Shown: piece by piece, positions 58,954 through 64,000 of the stretch | Numbering within the stretch: the stretch's first letter is position 1 | Layout of the letters: each line of letters begins with the position of its first letter | Assembly (NCBI GenBank): GCA_963840035.1 | Contig: CAWIXE010000001.1 | Span: 736,001 to 800,000, forward strand | From: a candidate division FCPU426 bacterium | Lineage (GTDB): Bacteria > Oederibacteriota > PGYV01 > Palsa-1178 | Length of the DNA stretch: 64,000 nt | Reading direction: 5' to 3' | Made by a program: the position numbers and the translations under genes | Notes under the pieces: generated by a model | Databases searched by the model: none | What the model saw: only the letters and a program-made list of their open reading frames with translations | Told to the model about the DNA's origin: nothing

Positions 58954-60042
58954 ATGAAAATACTCTTTGTTTCACACAGTTCCGTCCTGCAATACCACCA
59001 GCAGAAGCTTGAGATACTCGCGGCTAAATACGGCCACGAGATATGGCTGGCCACGCCTGATTACTGGAACGAGGGAGGGGTTGAAGTCAAGGCTTACAGG
59101 GAAAGCAAAAACATAAAATACGCGGAAACGACAGTTATTAATCCAAAAAAAGGCGTGCATCTTTATCTTAACGCCGAAAGTATCGTAAAGAAAATAAACC
59201 CCGACATAATCCACATAGAGGAAGAACCGTATGATTTTCCGGCTTACCAGTTCATAAACGCGGCGAAAAAATACGGAAAGAAAGCCCTGTTCTTTACCTG
59301 GGAAAACTTAAGGCGCAGGCACAACTTTTTATATACCTGGTTTAACAATAATTCCATATTCAACGCTGACGCGGCCATAGCCGGAAACGAAGAGGCAAGG
59401 CGCATACTGGCTGAAATGAACTTTAAAAAACCCGTTGAAGTCATACCGCAATACGGCGTAAACCTTCAGGATTTCATCCCTAAAAAACCAAAGCAGGACA
59501 GGAATAAATTTAATGTCGCCTATATGGGCAGGCTTACGGCGGAAAAGGGGCTGGCGTTTTTAGTCAGCGCGTGCGCGCCGCTTAAGAGCGCGGTTTTGCA
59601 CCTGGCAGGCGCCGGGAACATGCAGGGAGTTTTGACAGGCATGATAAAACACTTTGGCATTGAAGACCGGGTGAAATTTTACGGGCATGTGGAACATGGA
59701 GCTGTTCCTGAGTTTTTAAGCAACATGGACTGCCTGGTGCTGCCGTCAATTACAACAGGGGCATGGAAAGAACAATTCGGTAGGGTGATTATAGAGGCTT
59801 TTGCCGCTGGCGTGCCTGTTATAGGGTCGAATTCCGGCGAGATACCAAACGTGATAGGCGACGCCGGGATTGTGTTTAAAGAGAGCAATACCATTGAATT
59901 AACGGAAGCAATTAAAGCCATATTGACAGACAGCAACAAGTATAAGGAATGCGTTGAAAAAGGTTTAATAAGGGTAAGAGAAAATTACACTAATGAAATT
60001 ATAGCAGGAAAAATCAACGGATTATACAGGTTGATTTTGTAA
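58954..60042 (+). CDS. GT4 glycosyltransferase
   Basis: GRLTAEKG, WKEQFGRVIIEAFAAGVPV. Confidence 0.9.
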   Translation: MKILFVSHSSVLQYHQQKLEILAAKYGHEIWLATPDYWNEGGVEVKAYRESKNIKYAETTVINPKKGVHLYLNAESIVKKINPDIIHIEEEPYDFPAYQFINAAKKYGKKALFFTWENLRRRHNFLYTWFNNNSIFNADAAIAGNEEARRILAEMNFKKPVEVIPQYGVNLQDFIPKKPKQDRNKFNVAYMGRLTAEKGLAFLVSACAPLKSAVLHLAGAGNMQGVLTGMIKHFGIEDRVKFYGHVEHGAVPEFLSNMDCLVLPSITTGAWKEQFGRVIIEAFAAGVPVIGSNSGEIPNVIGDAGIVFKESNTIELTEAIKAILTDSNKYKECVEKGLIRVRENYTNEIIAGKINGLYRLIL

Positions 60043-60110
60043 CGGCAGGATTACAATCCTACCGGCCAGCGGCGGGCGCATATAATACGCCCGCTACGAT
60101 TATACGGTTT

Positions 60111-60220
60111 TGTAGAGCGGCGGCTTGCTGCCGCTCAAACATGGTTACTCATAGGAAACGTTTGCTGCGGCATATGTATCAAATGCCGGGGTTTTAGAGG
60201 GGGCAAGCCCCCTCTCTACA
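60111..60220. repeat. Inverted GTAG-REP pair
   Basis: TGTAGAGCGGC...GCCGCTC and AGAGGGGG...CCCCCTCTCTACA. Confidence 0.8.
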
Positions 60221-60258
60221 GTTTTGTTTAATAATATTTTAAAATATAGAGGGGTTTT

Positions 60259-60960
60259 GTGCAAATTATTAACGGGTTATTAAGTTTGTTCTATCCAACG
60301 GAATGCGCCGGGTGCGGGCGGTATTTAAAGGATTTCAAGCACCTTTACGTTTGCCCGCAGTGCTATGACGACCTCAAATATTTTCCGGCTGTTAACTGCC
60401 CGGTTTGCGCCAAACCCATTCATTCGGAACACGCTGACGGCTGCAGGGAGTGCGGGGAGCGCAAGAACCACTTTTCATATATAAAACCCGCGGGTGTTTA
60501 TGAAGGCGCGTTAAAGGAAATAATACACTACATGAAATTCAACAACAAAAAAGGGCTGGCAAAGGTCGCCGCTGGGTTCATGGTCGAGCGCATTAGTCCG
60601 GACGTTTTTAAAGGCGCGGATATGCTGGTGCCGGCGCCTTTATCCAGGGAAGCTCTGGATGGCAGGGGATATAACCAGACGGAGAACGTGGCTTATTTTA
60701 TTTCAAAGCAAACAGGAATACCCCTTGTAAATGCAGTTAAGAAAATCAAAGAAACCGCGCCTCAGAACACGCTGGACAGAAAAGAGCGTATGAGGAACTT
60801 AAAAGGGGCTTTTGAAACTGCGGTTGATGTAGCAGGAAAAACAGTTATAATAGTGGATGACGTATTTACTACAGGAGCTACGGTGAATGAGATAGCAAAG
60901 GCGCTGGTTAATTCGGGCGCGGCAGAAGTAAGGGCGGTTGTTATTGCAAGGTCAGTTTGA
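60259..60960 (+). CDS. comF: ComF family protein (zinc ribbon plus PRTase)
   Basis: CxxC repeats, RGYNQ, IVDDVFTTGAT. Confidence 0.9.
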   Translation: MQIINGLLSLFYPTECAGCGRYLKDFKHLYVCPQCYDDLKYFPAVNCPVCAKPIHSEHADGCRECGERKNHFSYIKPAGVYEGALKEIIHYMKFNNKKGLAKVAAGFMVERISPDVFKGADMLVPAPLSREALDGRGYNQTENVAYFISKQTGIPLVNAVKKIKETAPQNTLDRKERMRNLKGAFETAVDVAGKTVIIVDDVFTTGATVNEIAKALVNSGAAEVRAVVIARSV

Positions 60961-60968
60961 TAAAACGT

Positions 60969-61133
60969 TGGTAGCCGCAGCCTTTAGGCTGCGAAGGGCA
61001 GGCTTTGTTTTTGAATGCTAAATCCAGCCTTACGCAACATGTCGTGAGGAACACGACAAGATGAGCGGAATTATACTGATTTAATATTTGTTCGCTTTAG
61101 CTCACAAGGGCATCTTTAAGGTTGCGGCTACCA
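60969..61133. repeat. Composite REP element, copy 2
   Basis: Colinear with 38021-38172. Confidence 0.85.
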
Positions 61134-61158
61134 GGACTTAAAAATGAGGTGATAAAAT

Positions 61159-61818
61159 ATGAAATCAAAAGCGTTGGTATTATTAAGCGGCGGTCAGGAC
61201 AGCACAACATGCCTTTTCTGGGCAAAGAAAAAGTTTGGCAGCGTTGAAACGCTTTCGTTTGACTACGGTCAGCGTCATAAAATAGAACTTAAAAGTGCGA
61301 AGAAGATTGCATCAATCGCAAAAGTAAAAAACACCGTCATTAAAATAAAAGAATTTGAGACCATTAAAAACAGCGCACTGCTTGATACCAGTTCCGTCTC
61401 TAAAAAACACAAACTAAACAGCAAGCTGCCGGCAACGTTTGTTCCAGGCAGGAACATACTGTTCCTTACGATCGCGGCGGCCGTGGCTTATACCAGGAAG
61501 ATAGAGAACATTGTCATCGGGGTTTCGCAGGTGGATTACTCCGGATATCCTGACTGCAGGGGCGGATTTATAAAGGCCATGGAAAAAACATTAAGGCTGG
61601 GGATGGATTATCCTGTAAAGATACACACTCCCCTGATAAAACTAAATAAAAAAGAGACGGTACTGCTGGCATATGACCTCGGGGTGCTTAAGTACATGGC
61701 GCATACGCATACTTGTTATGAAGGAAAGAAAAAACCATGCGGAGTATGCGACGCATGCAAGCTCAGGAAAAAAGGATTTGAGGAAGCAGGTCTGGCGGAT
61801 TTGTTGTATAGGGATTAA
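61159..61818 (+). CDS. queC: 7-cyano-7-deazaguanine synthase
   Basis: SGGQDST, TFVPGRN, GYPDCR, CGVCDAC. Confidence 0.97.
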   Translation: MKSKALVLLSGGQDSTTCLFWAKKKFGSVETLSFDYGQRHKIELKSAKKIASIAKVKNTVIKIKEFETIKNSALLDTSSVSKKHKLNSKLPATFVPGRNILFLTIAAAVAYTRKIENIVIGVSQVDYSGYPDCRGGFIKAMEKTLRLGMDYPVKIHTPLIKLNKKETVLLAYDLGVLKYMAHTHTCYEGKKKPCGVCDACKLRKKGFEEAGLADLLYRD

Positions 61819-61838
61819 GAGGGTGGATGGTATATTGA

Positions 61839-61928
61839 AGATTGTAGATAGTGGATTGCGGATTAATATGTATATAGAACTGGAATTCTGTCCATTAATC
61901 CGAAATCTACAATCTGCAATCTAAAATT
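61839..61928. repeat. GATTGCG/CAATC heptamer hairpin
   Basis: GATTGTAGATAGTGGATTGCGGATT pairs with AATCCGAAATCTACAATCTGCAATC. Confidence 0.75.
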
Positions 61929-61940
61929 GAAGGGGGATTT

Positions 61941-62399
61941 ATGGAAATGCTAAAAGAAGGCGACCTGGCTCCGGAGTTTGAGTTAAAGGACCAGGATGGA
62001 AAAACCGTAAAGCTTTCTGATTATAAAGGAAAACAATCTGTTGTTCTTTTCTTTTACCCAAAGGATTTTTCTCCGGGGTGTACAGCCGAGGCCTGCGCTT
62101 TCAGGGATAACTATGACACTTTCAAGCAAAAGGGAGCGGAGGTAATCGGGATAAGCGCGGACGACCCGGAATCGCATACCGGATTTATAAAAAAGCACGG
62201 GCTGCAGTTTGAACTGCTCGTGGACCCGAAGGGCGCGACAGCTGAAAAGTACGGGATAAAAAGGCTTCTTCTCGGGCTTTTGCCAGGGAGGGTGACTTTT
62301 GTCATTGATAAGCAGGGTATAATAAGGAAGATATTCTCGTCTAATACTGACATGCAAGCGCATGTCAAGGAATCACTGGAAATACTCGGCAATATGTGA
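61941..62399 (+). CDS. bcp: Peroxiredoxin, BCP/PrxQ
   Basis: FYPKDFSPGCTAEAC, RVTFVID. Confidence 0.92.
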   Translation: MEMLKEGDLAPEFELKDQDGKTVKLSDYKGKQSVVLFFYPKDFSPGCTAEACAFRDNYDTFKQKGAEVIGISADDPESHTGFIKKHGLQFELLVDPKGATAEKYGIKRLLLGLLPGRVTFVIDKQGIIRKIFSSNTDMQAHVKESLEILGNM

Positions 62400-62744
62400 A
62401 AATAGAACGATAATATCATATATAAAACTATATAATGACGGAATATAGTGCTATACTTATCAATAACATAGCATAGGGAAAAGATATAAAATGTTTTAAC
62501 AGCACAAGCTGAAAGTAGAAGAAATATTAGGAATTCACTTCCGGTCAAACCATCCTAATTCCGCGGCTTAAACATTGCCGGGGTATACACCATCACAAAA
62601 CTTATATATTGCCATGCCCGGAAATACAAGGCGAAAAAAGTCGGTATATTTGGCATTTCTGTCATTTGATGACGCGTTTTCAAATGGTATCTTTATCACA
62701 GAGAATCAATGCGGTAAATATATTGTCAAAAACGCGGAGGAAAA

Positions 62745-63149
62745 ATGAAAAAGTTAGTGATAAATGTGGTTGCGCTGCTAAGTGTATTCATGTTTTTTGG
62801 ATGTGCTACAACAAAGCCGGCGCCTGAAGCGCGGGTTATGAGCCTGAAAGTCAAAGTTTACGACCTTGAAAGAAAGATACAGAGGATGGAAAAAGAGATA
62901 GACAGGAAAGAAAACTTAAAGAACGCAAATAAAGCAAAGAAAAGCGATGTGAAAAAAGCGCTTGATTCGGCGAAAAAAGGAATCAAAGAAATGCAGGATA
63001 AAATAGATAACATGGCGTCGGCAACCGGCGAAGCGTGGGATGGTTTTGTGATGGATCTGGAGCGCGGAGCGGAAAATATTAATGACAATGTGGAAAAAAC
63101 ATTTGCGGAAATAAAAGAACAGCATGAGGAAAATCAAAATAACAGGTAA
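62745..63149 (+). CDS. Coiled-coil lipoprotein
   Basis: GGAGG RBS, FFGC, heptad pattern. Confidence 0.75.
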   Translation: MKKLVINVVALLSVFMFFGCATTKPAPEARVMSLKVKVYDLERKIQRMEKEIDRKENLKNANKAKKSDVKKALDSAKKGIKEMQDKIDNMASATGEAWDGFVMDLERGAENINDNVEKTFAEIKEQHEENQNNR

Positions 63150-63174
63150 GTTCGTGCTGTAAAAAGGTGGAAAA

Positions 63175-63960
63175 ATGTCTTATAACTTGCTGCTTGTGGA
63201 TGATGACCCGGAATTCAGGTTTGAATTCTGCGAATGTTTTGAGGATTATGAGATAACGCAGGCCGCGGACGGCGAAACCTCCCTAGCGCTGCTGAGAAAG
63301 CCCAACTCCATCGACCTGGTGCTGCTTGACGTTATGATGCCCGGGATTAAAGGCACAGAAGTGCTTGCCGAGATGAAAAGGCTGAAACCGGATGTAAAAA
63401 TAATCATGCTCACGGGGAACAGGTCAAAGGACGTGGTCATAGAAAGCCTTAAAAATAAGGCTGATGAATACATAGAAAAACCGATGGATGTGAATGAAAC
63501 AAGGCGCATCATAATAAAACTGCTCGGCGAAAAAGAATCAAAAGGCATGCCTGAGACGGGAAGCATAAAAGAAAAGATAGAGAAAGTAAAAAAATTCCTT
63601 GAGCGCAACTTTGACAAGAAGGTAAGCCTTAAGGACGCGTCAGCGCACGCAGCTTTAAGCGAGAAATACTTAAGCAGGGCTTTTGAGGATGTTACAGGCA
63701 CGGGATTCAGCGCGTACAAATCATCCGTGAAGGTAAAGAAAGCCATGGAACTCCTAAAGCAGGGTTTTAACATAAACCAGATATCGGACAGGCTGGCTTA
63801 CGCGAACGCCGAATCCTTCATACGGACCTTTAAAAAGGTAACCGGCGTTACGCCGGCATTATACAGGGACAGGAAAGAGGGCGCGCTGAAGAAAAGCGGC
63901 CAGAAAAAATCAAAAGCAAAAAAAATCATAAAACGGGGAAAAAAACATGGCGGAAAATGA
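63175..63960 (+). CDS. Response regulator with AraC-type output domain
   Basis: LLVDDD, DVMMP; YLSRAF, FIRTFKKVTGVTP. Confidence 0.9.
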   Translation: MSYNLLLVDDDPEFRFEFCECFEDYEITQAADGETSLALLRKPNSIDLVLLDVMMPGIKGTEVLAEMKRLKPDVKIIMLTGNRSKDVVIESLKNKADEYIEKPMDVNETRRIIIKLLGEKESKGMPETGSIKEKIEKVKKFLERNFDKKVSLKDASAHAALSEKYLSRAFEDVTGTGFSAYKSSVKVKKAMELLKQGFNINQISDRLAYANAESFIRTFKKVTGVTPALYRDRKEGALKKSGQKKSKAKKIIKRGKKHGGK

Positions 63961-64000
63961 AACCAAGGGCACGGGCAGCGAAGAACTGGTGCTGGAACAA
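63947..64000 (+). CDS. Start of the next gene (partial)
   Basis: GGGG RBS, ATG, frame open to the window end. Confidence 0.5.
   Translation, partial: MAENETKGTGSEELVLEQ

Noticed and set aside
60969..61158. preQ1 riboswitch before queC
   Set aside because: The same sequence lies between pstA and pstB; no preQ1 consensus seen
62525..62590. c-di-GMP-I riboswitch
   Set aside because: Partial resemblance only; the GACGCAAAGC core and P2 stem are missing
62609..62827. 72-aa ORF
   Set aside because: TTG start without RBS; overlaps a better-supported lipoprotein gene

Overview
Bacterial chromosomal window, almost entirely + strand. The many Thr/Pro-rich lipoproteins, secreted proteins with YPNP-type C-terminal domains and a porin suggest a diderm candidate-phylum organism such as Ca. 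Goldiibacteriota; this is inference, not a database result. Layout: (1-6 kb) secreted proteins and lipoproteins, plus an ArsR regulator with an aspartyl protease; (6-11.3 kb) an IS30 element with a 15-bp target duplication, then an AT-rich putative defence island (C5 methyltransferase, DUF4928-like protein, orphan, DUF3883 nuclease); (12-30 kb) GH18, M23, methyltransferase, GT4, NHL protein and three large modular CAZymes; (31-40 kb) phoB-phoR-porin-pstSCAB-phoU-arsC with Pho boxes; (41-54 kb) P-type ATPase, glmU-prs-rplY-pth, comEA-comEC; (54-64 kb) rfb sugar-nucleotide cluster, comF, queC, bcp and a response regulator. I found no rRNA, tRNA or CRISPR array. The strongest unexplained signal is a set of intergenic hairpin elements with heptamer-repeat arms. 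Two enclose a four-helix-bundle (IVP/Avd-like) gene, each has a gene-less counterpart, and such elements fill every junction of the rfb operon. The window also has many REP families, some nested inside each other, and strand-specific synonymous A/T depletion beside some repeats. All counts were made by eye.
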